This document shows, one piece after another, positions 38,232 through 47,761 of a stretch of 64,000 nt of DNA; within the stretch, counting starts at the first letter, position 1, and every line of letters begins with the position of its first letter. Source of the stretch: an uncultured archaeon. GTDB taxonomy: Archaea; Aenigmatarchaeota; Aenigmatarchaeia; QMZP01. The DNA lies in assembly GCA_964607835.1 (NCBI GenBank), contig CAZSLL010000005.1:4785-68784 (forward strand), read 5' to 3'. A model generated the notes under the pieces. That model saw only the letters and a program-made list of their open reading frames with translations. It did not search any database and was not told the DNA's origin. The translations under genes were made by a program, and so were the position numbers.

Positions 38232-39047
38232 ATGGCACTGCAGAGGATGACGGCAAGGAAGGCCAGGATTTCTGACATAGTCAACGGCAGCTGGGTGAAG
38301 AGGGAGGGTATGGAGCCCAGCTTCGTGATTACCGGCTCGGGCGAGAAGATATCAAGGGCCAGGGTCATGGGAACCATAGTGTCTGACTTCTTCGCAGAGG
38401 ACGGGAATTTCGGAAGCGTGACCCTGGATGACGGCACAGACACCATGAGGGCCAAGACATTCAAGACCGTAAAGCCCCTGGATTCATTCAGGCCCGGGGA
38501 CACCGTGGACATGGTAGGCAAGGTAAGGGAGTACAACGGGGAGATTTACATTATTCCTGAGGTCATCGCAAAGGTTCAGGACCCAAACATGGAGCTCCTC
38601 AGGAGGCTCGAGCTCATAAGCAAGGCCAGAAACCCTCCCCCGAAGAGAGGGGAGGATTCAGGAGAGCCCCCGAAGAGAGGGGAGCAGACTGGCAGCCCTT
38701 CCGCACAGGAAGCCGGCCCAGGAGCAGGGCAGTCCTTTGTCCAGGGTCAGGAGACAGGCCAGGCAACTCCTCCGCAGGCAGAGCAAGCAACACCTTCAGA
38801 AGAAAAGACTGGTTCCACCAAGGAGGAGGACAAGGCAAAAGAGGAGCAGAGGAAGAAAGAGGAGGAGGACTCCAGGATAAGGAAGGACATCCTCTCGGTC
38901 ATAGAGTCCAACCCAGAGGGGGTGGAGTACGGCGAGATAAGCCAGAAGGTGCAGGCCGAGGAGTCCAGGATAGAGAGCGTGCTCAACGACATCCTTGCAG
39001 AGGGCATATGCTACGAGCCCACCCCAGGGAAAGTCAAGAAGATCTAG
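38232..39047 (+). CDS. RPA-like OB-fold ssDNA-binding protein with a C-terminal winged-helix domain and a PPKRGE-repeat linker
   Basis: OB-fold segment (VMGTIVSDFF...GEIYIIPEVIAK), a low-complexity linker containing PPKRGEDSGEPPKRGEQTG, and a C-terminal wH-like domain (RPA32-like architecture). Confidence 0.55.
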   Translation: MALQRMTARKARISDIVNGSWVKREGMEPSFVITGSGEKISRARVMGTIVSDFFAEDGNFGSVTLDDGTDTMRAKTFKTVKPLDSFRPGDTVDMVGKVREYNGEIYIIPEVIAKVQDPNMELLRRLELISKARNPPPKRGEDSGEPPKRGEQTGSPSAQEAGPGAGQSFVQGQETGQATPPQAEQATPSEEKTGSTKEEDKAKEEQRKKEEEDSRIRKDILSVIESNPEGVEYGEISQKVQAEESRIESVLNDILAEGICYEPTPGKVKKI

Positions 39048-40342
39048 ATTCTCTTGTCATGCTCGACAGCGTCAATAAGGTCCCTGTAGACGTCAGGATA
39101 TGCCGAATGTACCCTCTCCCAGTTGGGTATCGTGTTTACCATGTCTCCTCCGACATATATCCCGTCATCATCGAGCATCTCGCGGTGGACATCCCTCAGG
39201 ACACCCGAGAAGGTCTCGATGCTCCTTTCTTCGCCAGAGCGCTCATGTACAAGGCCCCTTGATACAGCGTCTGCCCAGTATTTCTGCTCAAAATCCTGAC
39301 CCTTGCTGAGGTACATCCTCCCGATGGCGTTCAGCGTGTCATGGCCCAGTTCCATGCCATAGGAAATCAGCCCATCATAAAGGGCCCTTGTTATGGTAGA
39401 GGCCATAACCGTGAGGCCACCTTTACCATCGTCCGTGGTGAGCTGCTGGTGAAAATGGTCAAACCTATTGGCAATGGCCTTCTGGCATATCTGGCTCTTT
39501 CTGAGCTTGCGGAACGCCTCCATCTTCTCAACGGTCTCAAGGTCATAGTCATCAGTGGTCCTTTGTTTCATGGCAAAGTCAGCGCTCTTGAATCCCTCGC
39601 CAGACAAGAGATACTTGTGGGAAAGCAGGAACCTGATTAGATTGTGGGCCTCATCGTCAGGAGAGCACTGCCTGGCCTTGGATCTCAGGGAAGCGAGAAG
39701 AGGATTCATGAAAAGCCTGGTCACCCTGCCGTTCATCCTGTCATCATCTCCTATCCTGGCATAGTAACCGGTTCCGTACTCAAAATTCATGTCCGGCTGG
39801 AGCGGGGGATGAAGGAGGTTGCCGAGCATCTCCCTGGAGTATGTCCTGATGTCGCAGTCATGGTGAGCTATGAAGCCAGACTCTCCCCTTCCGATTATCA
39901 GGCCGTCAGAGAGCCACTGGCCCTGGCCCTTCTTCCCGTTTCCCACAGGACCGACCTCCTGGCTTATCCTCTCGAGTATTTTCTGGACCCTCGGGCTGTT
40001 TATCCATATTATGTCCGCTTTCCTTTCCGGCCTCTCCAGCCTGGAGAGCTCGGAGCGGGCGTGCCTGTACTGCCCCTCATCGGCCTGGCCAAGGGGCATC
40101 ACAATCTCATGGATGTAGGGCGGTATGCCATCAAGGGTGTCGATAATGTTGTACACGGGCTTGTCCCTGGGGCCCGCCCCCTCGGGGGGCCCGAACTCCC
40201 TGTAGGATGCCGGAAGGACAAGGGCCACGTTCGTTCTCATGGCATAATCAGAAAGCTCTTCCTCAAGGTTCTCTATGGGTCCTCCGTACATCCTTAGGGT
40301 TGTTATGAACTCGGTCTGGTCGAAGTCTGACATTATGGCCAC
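39044..40342 (-). CDS. Hypothetical protein, possibly a GT-A-type glycosyltransferase
   Basis: 432 aa. It contains HHDCD and acidic motifs, but I cannot assign a family with confidence. Confidence 0.35.
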   Translation of the reverse strand: MAIMSDFDQTEFITTLRMYGGPIENLEEELSDYAMRTNVALVLPASYREFGPPEGAGPRDKPVYNIIDTLDGIPPYIHEIVMPLGQADEGQYRHARSELSRLERPERKADIIWINSPRVQKILERISQEVGPVGNGKKGQGQWLSDGLIIGRGESGFIAHHDCDIRTYSREMLGNLLHPPLQPDMNFEYGTGYYARIGDDDRMNGRVTRLFMNPLLASLRSKARQCSPDDEAHNLIRFLLSHKYLLSGEGFKSADFAMKQRTTDDYDLETVEKMEAFRKLRKSQICQKAIANRFDHFHQQLTTDDGKGGLTVMASTITRALYDGLISYGMELGHDTLNAIGRMYLSKGQDFEQKYWADAVSRGLVHERSGEERSIETFSGVLRDVHREMLDDDGIYVGGDMVNTIPNWERVHSAYPDVYRDLIDAVEHDKRI

Positions 40343-40449
40343 CTTATTTTATGAATGTAAAATATTTGGTATGCAAGAATTTAAATCTCACCGGGCCCGG
40401 GGCTACTCAAGCCTAAAAAGGTTTTGCTTCAAGATTTTCTGGGAGGCCC

Positions 40450-42468
40450 ATGATTTCCAATGTCAGGCTCAGGAACTGGAAGTCGCACCTGGAGTCAGAG
40501 TTTTCATTCTCCCCTGGCGTGAACGCCATCATCGGTATAATGGGGTCAGGAAAGACCAGCATCCTCCAGGCCATATCATTCGGGCTTTACGGAACCCTGC
40601 CTGCCCTGCAGACCAGGAGGGTGAGCATGGACGACCTGATAATGAAGAGGCCCCAGGCAATGGACGAGGCCGAGGTCGAGGTGAGCTTCTCTTCGGGTGG
40701 GGAGGAGTACTCTGTGCTCAGGGCGCTGAAGAGGGGGAAGGGAACCGTGAAGGCCGAGCTCAGGAAGGCGGGTAAGCTCCTGGAGACCAACGCCCAGGGC
40801 GTGACCAGGGAGGTGGCCAGGGTGCTGGACATGGATTACGACATGTTCTCCAAGGCCGTATACTCAGAGCAGAACTCCATAGACTATTTCATGAGGATTC
40901 CCAGGGGACAGAGGATGGAGCACATAGACAGGATGCTCAGGCTGGACAGGTTCGAGAAGGTCAGGGAGCTCACGGTAACGCTGTCCAACAGGGTGAGGGC
41001 TGAGAGGGAAGAGAAGCTTAAGATGCTCAGGGAGCTCCAGAAGGAGGGCCTTCCGGAGAGAATAGCCCGGCTCAGGGGAGAGCTCGAGGAGCTCAACAGC
41101 GGAATCGAGGAGACAGAAAGGAATGCCCATGAGGCCGAGCAGGAGGCCTCCAGGCTCGAGGAGAGGGTGGCCCTGTTCGAGAGGGATGACAGGGAGCTCA
41201 ACAACATAGAGAGGGAACTGGGCGCGGTCAGGGAGGCACTTAAGCAGACCGAGCAGTCAATCAGGGACAGGGGCCAGGGGAGCAAGGACATGGACACGGG
41301 TGGTCTGGACTCAAGGCTTGGCTCCCTGGAGCAGGCAATAAGCGAGCTCGAAGAGGGCATATCCGCATCAAGGAAGGGAATGGATAAGGGAAGGGAGGAG
41401 GTGGCCTCACTGAACGCAGAGATACGGGCGGTCAGGGAGAACCTGGAGAATCTCGGCAAGCTCAGCGGAACATGCCCGCTCTGCGAGAGCGAGCTGAACT
41501 ATGAGAAGAAGAGGGAGCTCGAGGAGTCCAGGAAGGGAAAGGAGCGGGAGCTTCTTGAGAGGGCAGCGGCTGCTGCATCAGGGATGGAGGACTCGAGGAG
41601 AGCGCTGGAGGATTTCGAGGCAAGGATGAAGGAGAGGATGGAGGAAAGGGAGAGTCTGAAAGCACTTAAAAGGGAAATAGGCTACCTCGAGGAGCTGAAC
41701 AAGAGGAGGGGCGAGCACCTTAAGAGGAGGGAGGAGCTGGAGAAGAAGAAAGGCGAGGTGAGCGCACGGCTGGATGGCCGGGACATCAGGGCGTTGAGGC
41801 AGGCCCTCCAGGAGGCGGTCTCAGAAAGGAGCGTGATGAAGGCAAGGCTGGAGTCTGCCAGGCAGAGGATAAGCGACAAGCAGGAAATGCTGAAGGACCT
41901 CAGGAAGAGAGAGGACATGATGGTGAGGTATAACCAGGAGTCCATGCAGGCACATGAGCTCCTGGAGAGGATGGGGGCATTCACAGGCGCGCTCAGGCTC
42001 ACCCAGGACCAGCTCAGGGAGGAGTTCCTCAAGAGCGTGAACCAGACCATGGACATGATATGGGCAGAGCTCTACCCCTATGGTGACTACACGGGCATAA
42101 GGCTCGCCATCGAGAAGGACTATGTGCTCCAGCTCAGGGAAAGCTCTGGGTGGCAGAACGTGGAGGGCATGGCATCGGGAGGCGAGCGCTCAGTGGCGGC
42201 CCTGGCCCTCAGGGTAGCGTTCTCAATGGCGTTCATACCCAATCTCAGGTGGCTGATACTGGACGAGCCCACCCACAACCTGGACTCCAACGCCATAGAG
42301 CATCTCACAGAGACCCTGAGGGACAGGATAGGGGCATTCGTGGAGCAGGTCTTCCTCATAACGCACGATGAGAGGGTATCTGAGGGCGTGGGCGGGAGCC
42401 TCTACAGGCTTGAGAGGGACAAGGACCAGAACGGCCCCACCAGGGTTTCGGGAACAGAGAGCGAATAA
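40450..42468 (+). CDS. rad50: Rad50 (SMC-like DNA double-strand-break repair ATPase), short form
   Basis: It has Walker A GIMGSGKTS, a long coiled coil with a central CPLC zinc hook, the ABC signature SGGERS, and Walker B LILDEPT. No mre11 gene is adjacent. Confidence 0.8.
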   Translation: MISNVRLRNWKSHLESEFSFSPGVNAIIGIMGSGKTSILQAISFGLYGTLPALQTRRVSMDDLIMKRPQAMDEAEVEVSFSSGGEEYSVLRALKRGKGTVKAELRKAGKLLETNAQGVTREVARVLDMDYDMFSKAVYSEQNSIDYFMRIPRGQRMEHIDRMLRLDRFEKVRELTVTLSNRVRAEREEKLKMLRELQKEGLPERIARLRGELEELNSGIEETERNAHEAEQEASRLEERVALFERDDRELNNIERELGAVREALKQTEQSIRDRGQGSKDMDTGGLDSRLGSLEQAISELEEGISASRKGMDKGREEVASLNAEIRAVRENLENLGKLSGTCPLCESELNYEKKRELEESRKGKERELLERAAAAASGMEDSRRALEDFEARMKERMEERESLKALKREIGYLEELNKRRGEHLKRREELEKKKGEVSARLDGRDIRALRQALQEAVSERSVMKARLESARQRISDKQEMLKDLRKREDMMVRYNQESMQAHELLERMGAFTGALRLTQDQLREEFLKSVNQTMDMIWAELYPYGDYTGIRLAIEKDYVLQLRESSGWQNVEGMASGGERSVAALALRVAFSMAFIPNLRWLILDEPTHNLDSNAIEHLTETLRDRIGAFVEQVFLITHDERVSEGVGGSLYRLERDKDQNGPTRVSGTESE

Positions 42469-42493
42469 AAGGCTTTGGTGCTACTTCTTCTCC

Positions 42494-42823
42494 ATGGTAG
42501 TGGTATGGTACAAGGGGCAGGTTGACCCGTCAAGGCTCAGGGAAACCCATGAAGAGCTTACGGATAGCCCCGGCGAACACTATATAGAGCTGGGCGAGCA
42601 TGACCTCGGAGAGGGGATGGACACCGGCCAGTCTCATGGCGCCGGGGCCACCCTCCACAACCAGGACTATGGAGTGGTTTGCAGGTTCTTCGGGGAAATA
42701 TACGGGGGCGGTGACGGGCTGGTGGTATATCTTGCCAAGCAATCCATTGACAGCAATTCGCTTCCGGCCAGCCGGGCCCTGAAATGCAGGGCCCGCGTGT
42801 TCAGGAAGAAGGGCCTGTTTTAA
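42494..42823 (+). CDS. Hypothetical protein (109 aa)
   Basis: I prefer this ORF over the antisense ORF because of its codon usage. Support is weak. Confidence 0.3.
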   Translation: MVVVWYKGQVDPSRLRETHEELTDSPGEHYIELGEHDLGEGMDTGQSHGAGATLHNQDYGVVCRFFGEIYGGGDGLVVYLAKQSIDSNSLPASRALKCRARVFRKKGLF

Positions 42824-42848
42824 TAGGGACCCCTCACAAACATAATAC

Positions 42849-43061
42849 ATGGTAGACAAAAACTCTTCCCAAGAGAAAGGGGCGAAGAAGCCGCCCCAGA
42901 AGATGAGCGAAAGGAAGTCCGTATCTGACCTTAACCAGAAGATAAAGAAGCTGGACACCAAGATGGAGACCCTGAAGAACGAGGGCTCTGAGAAAGGGGC
43001 AACCCCTGGTAAGGAATCAGGGGGCTTCCTGGAGAAGCTGAAGAGAATCTTCTCAAGGTAG
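42849..43061 (+). CDS. Small Lys-rich coiled-coil protein
   Basis: 70-aa ORF with typical composition. Confidence 0.35.
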   Translation: MVDKNSSQEKGAKKPPQKMSERKSVSDLNQKIKKLDTKMETLKNEGSEKGATPGKESGGFLEKLKRIFSR

Positions 43062-43104
43062 ACATGGACTCTGATTTAATAGGGAACCCTGACCAATAGT
43101 AAAC

Positions 43105-43695
43105 ATGGCGGTTAGAAAGAAGTCCAGGCCCTCCCCAAAGAACGCTCTTTCTGAGATGTCAAGGAAGCTGGACAGGCTGGAGAAGAAGATTGACTTCATA
43201 AAGAAAGAGCAGCTCAAGACCGAGAAAGAGGTCCACGAGGAACTGGAGAACTCAGAAGAGGCCGGCAAGGAGATTCAAAAGGTCGAGGAGGAGCTTCTCG
43301 AGCTGGGGAGGTTCACCTTCGAGAAGGAGCACGTCATGGAGCTAGCCAGGGGAGCTGCGGGGGCCTTCCTGGGAGTGGGCATAGGGATGGGAATCCGGTA
43401 CATGCCGGGAGTCGCCGAAAGCCTGGAGTGGGCGAACGCCATAGGAATACTCATATTCATATTCGCACTGGGCGGAATGCTGATATACAAGAACGAGAAG
43501 GACTGGATAAAGAAGCAGGGAATGGCCTTCATACCCAAGAGGCTCATTCACCTTTTCATAATCGCGATTGGGGTGGACCTCGTAGCGTTGGTCCTGTTCA
43601 ATGTCCTGCCTGCTGAGCCGGAATTGCTAATCAAGACACTGATAGTGGGGTCATATCCCGCGATGTCAGGGGCCATTACCTTCACCATTGCCTAG
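43105..43695 (+). CDS. Membrane protein with an N-terminal coiled coil and four C-terminal TM helices
   Basis: This call rests on hydropathy. Confidence 0.45.
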   Translation: MAVRKKSRPSPKNALSEMSRKLDRLEKKIDFIKKEQLKTEKEVHEELENSEEAGKEIQKVEEELLELGRFTFEKEHVMELARGAAGAFLGVGIGMGIRYMPGVAESLEWANAIGILIFIFALGGMLIYKNEKDWIKKQGMAFIPKRLIHLFIIAIGVDLVALVLFNVLPAEPELLIKTLIVGSYPAMSGAITFTIA

Positions 43696-43952
43696 TCCAG
43701 GGACATTATGAGCAGGCCGTGCTTCTGCAGTGCGGCCTGGTCCCAGAACAGGGCATCTTTCGTCCTCATGGCATAGCCCACACTCTTCTCAAGCACCCTT
43801 CCGGTGAAGGCCCCCTTCCCAGGGTCCCACTCCCTGAGGACCAGGATGTCACCTGGCCGGCAGTCGAAATCCGCTATCCTGGCGTCAAACCTCTTCCTGC
43901 CTTCAAGAATGGCCCGGAACATATCCGGCCAGCACTTCTTCTCGATTCTCAT
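43692..43952 (-). CDS. ASCH/PUA-like domain protein (DUF3850-like)
   Basis: MRIEKKCWPDMFRAILEGRKRFDARIADFDCRPGDILVLREWDP fits the pattern of ASCH-like small proteins. Confidence 0.5.
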   Translation of the reverse strand: MRIEKKCWPDMFRAILEGRKRFDARIADFDCRPGDILVLREWDPGKGAFTGRVLEKSVGYAMRTKDALFWDQAALQKHGLLIMSLD

Positions 43953-43990
43953 GGCTAACAGTTGGCTTGCTGAAATAAAAACCGCAGGGA

Positions 43991-44995
43991 TTATCTTGCG
44001 CCCTCTGCTTCCTTCTCTATCCTGTTCCTCTCGGACACGGAGAAGCTCTTGGAGTCGTTGTTGTAGGCGGCTATGAGCTCCTCTGCTATGACCTGGGACA
44101 GGCTCTTTGTCTTCCTGAACGAGGCCCTGTATATGCCCTGGGAAAGGTGCCTGAGGGCTATGTCCAGCCTTCTCTGGGGAGAGGCGATTACAGAGTTCCT
44201 GGCTATTATGCCACCCAGCCTGTAGGATGCAACCTCCTCGAGCAGGGCGGCGTTCTCAATGGCCCCCACAAGGACCTGGACCGGGTTCTGCTTGGTCCTC
44301 TTCTCTATGAGAATGAATGCCTCTTTCATGCTGTTGTAGAGCCTGGGGGTCTTGCCCACGTTGTTTCCTGAGGTAATCTTGTGCTTCTTGCCCCTGTGGC
44401 CGGCCACCATGAGCTTGTTCATGAACCTCTCGATTACCGAAATCTTTCTTTTCTGGATGCTGTCCCTGTTGTACCTCCCGCCGGTCCTTGGCACAGCAAG
44501 GGTGTCCAGGTTCATGTACTTCTTCAGGCCGGCATCTTTAAGGGCAACGTCAGAGGTGTCCCATCTGTTGAAAAGGAGCATCCTCACACCATGCTGTCTC
44601 AGGAGGGAGACCCTCTCTTCTGTTTGCTCCCCTCTCTTCGGGGGAGACTCTGTTTGCTCCCCTCTCTGCGCGGGGGGCTTCTCTTTCATCTCCGCTTTCT
44701 GCGCGGGGGGCTTCTCTTTCATCTCCGCTTTCTGCGCGGGGGGCTTCTCTTTCATCTCCGCTTTCTGCGCGGGGGCTGATGACTGCTCCGCTTTCTGCGC
44801 GGGCCTTGCATCAGGCTTCCTGTCCTCATTCTTCTCAGGAGAGGGCTTCTTCACCTGAGGCTTTTCCTCGGGTGGTTTTGCCGGGGGTTTCTCATTAACA
44901 TGCTGTGCCTCAGTCTTTGCATGGTCAGCCTTGCCTGTGCTGGCATTGGCCTTGTCCTCTTCAGGGGGCTTTGCCCCGGTCTTCTCCTCAGTCAT
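43991..44995 (-). CDS. rps7: Ribosomal protein uS7 with a long N-terminal Lys/Glu-rich repeat extension of about 150 aa
   Basis: The C-terminal 190 aa are S7 (NSMKEAFILIEKRTKQNPVQVLVGAIENA...). The N-terminus contains three copies of KPPAQKAEMKE and also SPPKRGEQTE. Confidence 0.85.
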   Translation of the reverse strand: MTEEKTGAKPPEEDKANASTGKADHAKTEAQHVNEKPPAKPPEEKPQVKKPSPEKNEDRKPDARPAQKAEQSSAPAQKAEMKEKPPAQKAEMKEKPPAQKAEMKEKPPAQRGEQTESPPKRGEQTEERVSLLRQHGVRMLLFNRWDTSDVALKDAGLKKYMNLDTLAVPRTGGRYNRDSIQKRKISVIERFMNKLMVAGHRGKKHKITSGNNVGKTPRLYNSMKEAFILIEKRTKQNPVQVLVGAIENAALLEEVASYRLGGIIARNSVIASPQRRLDIALRHLSQGIYRASFRKTKSLSQVIAEELIAAYNNDSKSFSVSERNRIEKEAEGAR

Positions 44996-45089
44996 TCCTC
45001 ACCTGCAAAACCATGGCCCACCAGGAACCCGCAAAAGCGGCAGGCCAGCGTGCGCCATGCTCCGGGCCATGTGTCAGAGACTCGCGCAA

Positions 45090-45512
45090 TCACGCGCCCT
45101 TGGGCTTCTCCTTCTTGCCCTTGAGCAGTTCGTTCAGGGAAACCCCTGACACCCCTGTGACCTTGTACTTGATTCCGTGCATGGAACCCACGGCCCCTCC
45201 CTGGGAACCGCCCATGCCCTCGAGCATGACCTCGTTGTGCTCGTCCACGAACTTGATTGCATTGGTTCCCGGCACGAATGCCGTGACCTGGATGCCGTTC
45301 TTGATGAGCTGGACCCTCGCGGCCTTGATTATCCCGGAGTGGGGCTGCTTCTGCTCCACTCCCTTCTTCTTGAGCACAATGCCCCTTCCGAGAGGGGCTC
45401 CCTGCAGAGGCTCCTTTTTCCAGAGCTTCTGGAACTTCCTCTTGTGGTTGGTGCTCTTCCACCTGAACTTCTTCCTTCTCCGCTTCAGGTCCCTTGCGTT
45501 GAACTCTCCCAT
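45090..45512 (-). CDS. rps12: Ribosomal protein uS12
   Basis: It has [19 protein letters not shown] and [18 protein letters not shown]. Confidence 0.9.
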   Translation of the reverse strand: MGEFNARDLKRRRKKFRWKSTNHKRKFQKLWKKEPLQGAPLGRGIVLKKKGVEQKQPHSGIIKAARVQLIKNGIQVTAFVPGTNAIKFVDEHNEVMLEGMGGSQGGAVGSMHGIKYKVTGVSGVSLNELLKGKKEKPKGA

Positions 45513-45681
45513 ACTAACCTATCCTTCGGGTGCCAAGCACCCGCATGCGCTCCGGTGCGATTGAGCCCTTGATAAAAGGCCTATAATATATTAACCGTTA
45601 ACGGTTATTGTCTGTGAAATTATCTCAATAGTTATTTAAATAGGTTTTTAAAGGTAATGCGGCCCTCGCTCCGGAATTCCG

Positions 45682-45882
45682 TCACAGGTGGTGCTTGACG
45701 CCCACGGCAGTGTTAATCCATAGCAGGCCGCCTATGAGGATGAATATGAGGGACACCACCATGGCAATGGCATAGCCCATCTCGCTCACTCCGAGGCCGA
45801 ACTCCAGGTTGTTGACTATCCAGGCACCTAAAAGAACGAACACTCCTCCCAGAACCCATGAGAAAATGAGTTTGGAGGACAT
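45682..45882 (-). CDS. Small two-TM membrane protein
   Basis: 66 aa and hydrophobic. Confidence 0.35.
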   Translation of the reverse strand: MSSKLIFSWVLGGVFVLLGAWIVNNLEFGLGVSEMGYAIAMVVSLIFILIGGLLWINTAVGVKHHL

Positions 45883-45884
45883 GA

Positions 45885-46667
45885 TTATAATTTGCCGGCG
45901 TTCTTTTTAAATTCCTCAGCCTTGGTCTGCAGGAGCTCAGCGGCCCTCTCCACTATGGCAGCGGGCTCCAGGCCTGAAACGCTTTCCACCCTGAAGACGA
46001 ACTTCGATGGATTGGCCCTTACCTTCACGCCCTCGGCCTTCTCGCAGTTGAGGCAAAGGTCACACTTAGCGGGGTCCTTTATGGTCAGCTTGCCCGCCTT
46101 GAGCTCAAGCACATCCCTGGGGCAAAGGGAAACGGCATTCTTAAGGTCAGCGGGCTTGGCGTCCTTGCTCACCTCCACTTCCGGGTAGTACTGATAGGCC
46201 GCGTTGGCTGCCTGCCACTTGGCGTGCTTCCTGCCAGTGCCAATCTCTGCCCTGGCCTCGAACCTGAGCTCCTGGTTGTCCAGCAGCTCTGCGATGGGGA
46301 ACTTGGGGCTCGTGGCCTTTACGTCCTTGTTGGTGGATTTCAGGTCACCTGAGTATACCACCTTTGGGCCCTTGGCGTCCACTGCGAACACCACTTCGCA
46401 GACAGGGCAGCCCTTGCCACCGCATTTGCACTCCTCTTTGGTGCTGAACTTTGAGGGGTCGAACTTGAGGGGCATGAGGCCCAGCCTGTGGGCCAAAACC
46501 TCGTCAAATAGTATGGTGCTGTTCTGGTGGAAATCCACCCATTCCACCGCCATGGTTGGAACCTCTGATATCATTATCCTCCTGAGAGCGTTAGCGAACG
46601 CTGGAGTGGCGCCCTCGAGCACAAAAGTGAGGGTATCTCCCTTCTTGTTAAGCACATTGACCTTCAT
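45885..46667 (-). CDS. rpoD: DNA-directed RNA polymerase subunit D (Rpo3) with a 4Fe-4S-type Cys cluster
   Basis: It has ATPAFANALRRIMISEVP and HRLGLMPL, plus the Cys clusters CKCGGKGCPVCE and CDLCLNC. Confidence 0.8.
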   Translation of the reverse strand: MKVNVLNKKGDTLTFVLEGATPAFANALRRIMISEVPTMAVEWVDFHQNSTILFDEVLAHRLGLMPLKFDPSKFSTKEECKCGGKGCPVCEVVFAVDAKGPKVVYSGDLKSTNKDVKATSPKFPIAELLDNQELRFEARAEIGTGRKHAKWQAANAAYQYYPEVEVSKDAKPADLKNAVSLCPRDVLELKAGKLTIKDPAKCDLCLNCEKAEGVKVRANPSKFVFRVESVSGLEPAAIVERAAELLQTKAEEFKKNAGKL

Positions 46668-46690
46668 GAAATCTTCCTCCCTGGCACCCC

Positions 46691-47095
46691 TCACCTCAGC
46701 CTCACTGCCTTGATGCCGAAATGCCTCTTCATAATATCCTTTATCGCCTTAATATTCTTACCGTTCTTGCCTATCACAGCCACCCTGTCGCTGGCGGGCA
46801 CGGTCATGTTCACGTTCTCGCCCCTGACCTCCACGTTCTTGGCGGTGGGGACCATGCCCTTTATCATCTCAGCGGGCTCCTTGTGGTACGGGAAGAGCCT
46901 TATGCTCTTGCCAAGGGATTTGCTGACCTCCTTTATGTTGGAGCCGTTCCTTCCTATGGCGACCCCCAGCTTGTCAGGCTCCACCAGGAAATAGAGCGTG
47001 TCCTCGACCTCGATGCAGTCCTTTGCATGCACCCTGGTCATCTTCTCGAATGCCGCTATTATCCTGATGGTCTGCGTCTCAAGCTTGACTGGCAT
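46691..47095 (-). CDS. nusA: Archaeal NusA homologue (two KH domains)
   Basis: The two KH motifs are VAIGRNGSNIK and AVIGKNGKNIKAI. It sits next to L30e, as is typical. Confidence 0.75.
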   Translation of the reverse strand: MPVKLETQTIRIIAAFEKMTRVHAKDCIEVEDTLYFLVEPDKLGVAIGRNGSNIKEVSKSLGKSIRLFPYHKEPAEMIKGMVPTAKNVEVRGENVNMTVPASDRVAVIGKNGKNIKAIKDIMKRHFGIKAVRLR

Positions 47096-47136
47096 CGAAT
47101 CATTTCCCTTGTTATTTCTTTACCCCGTGGCTTAAA

Positions 47137-47400
47137 TCACTTTTTGATGGCTATGAGCAGTATGCTGAAGGGCTTTCCGCAGAGCTCCCCCAGCTGCAGA
47201 GAGTTGCCCGGGTACTCCTGGGCAGTGAATCCTGATATGCCTGAGTAGTGGCTGATGTCCTCCACCGTGCCCCTGGGGGCGTTCTTCGCGTATATGACGC
47301 TCTCGACCTTCCCGTTCCGGACAGCCCTGAGCACGCCCCTGGTTCCTATGAGGAGCCTCTTCTCCTTGATTGCGTCCTTGATGTCGTTGTCTATTGCCAT
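47137..47400 (-). CDS. rpl30e: Ribosomal protein L30e
   Basis: The signature is KEKRLLIGTRGVLRAVRNGKVESVIYAKNAP. Confidence 0.8.
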   Translation of the reverse strand: MAIDNDIKDAIKEKRLLIGTRGVLRAVRNGKVESVIYAKNAPRGTVEDISHYSGISGFTAQEYPGNSLQLGELCGKPFSILLIAIKK

Positions 47401-47401
47401 G

Positions 47402-47752
47402 CTATCCTATCCCCACGTTAGAGCGCGGAGGGGCCTGCATGCCCTCCTGCCTTCTCTTCTCAAGAAGGGCCCTCTTCTTGAGCCTGAAGAACTCCTGGTA
47501 GCTTTCCCAGACATCCTTCTGGTCAGCCTTCTCCACCCTCTTGACCGCTATCATCCTGGGCCTGTTCATCTTCTCGCTTATCGGGTAGTAGTCCACCAGG
47601 ACCATGTCCCCTTTCCTGAGCTGGGCCGCTATGTCATCTGAAACCTTGACTGTGTGGAGGTTCTGGTCCCAGAACCTGACAGTCGCGGCCGCGGCCTCTG
47701 CCTTTCCCCTGGAAGGGAACACGCTGAGCACCTTACCCGGATGGAAGACCAT
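47402..47752 (-). CDS. Hypothetical protein (116 aa) between S8 and L30e
   Basis: Conserved-looking ORF that I cannot assign to a family. Confidence 0.4.
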   Translation of the reverse strand: MVFHPGKVLSVFPSRGKAEAAAATVRFWDQNLHTVKVSDDIAAQLRKGDMVLVDYYPISEKMNRPRMIAVKRVEKADQKDVWESYQEFFRLKKRALLEKRRQEGMQAPPRSNVGIG

Positions 47753-47761
47753 GAAAACACC

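Noticed and set aside
40275-40775. 166-aa ORF overlapping the start of rad50
   Set aside because: It overlaps Rad50 in another frame and has an Arg/Gly-rich low-complexity translation typical of off-frame GC-rich sequence.
42530-42961. 143-aa minus-strand ORF
   Set aside because: It is antisense to the better-supported plus-strand ORFs at 42494-42823 and 42849-43061. Its codon usage is poorer.
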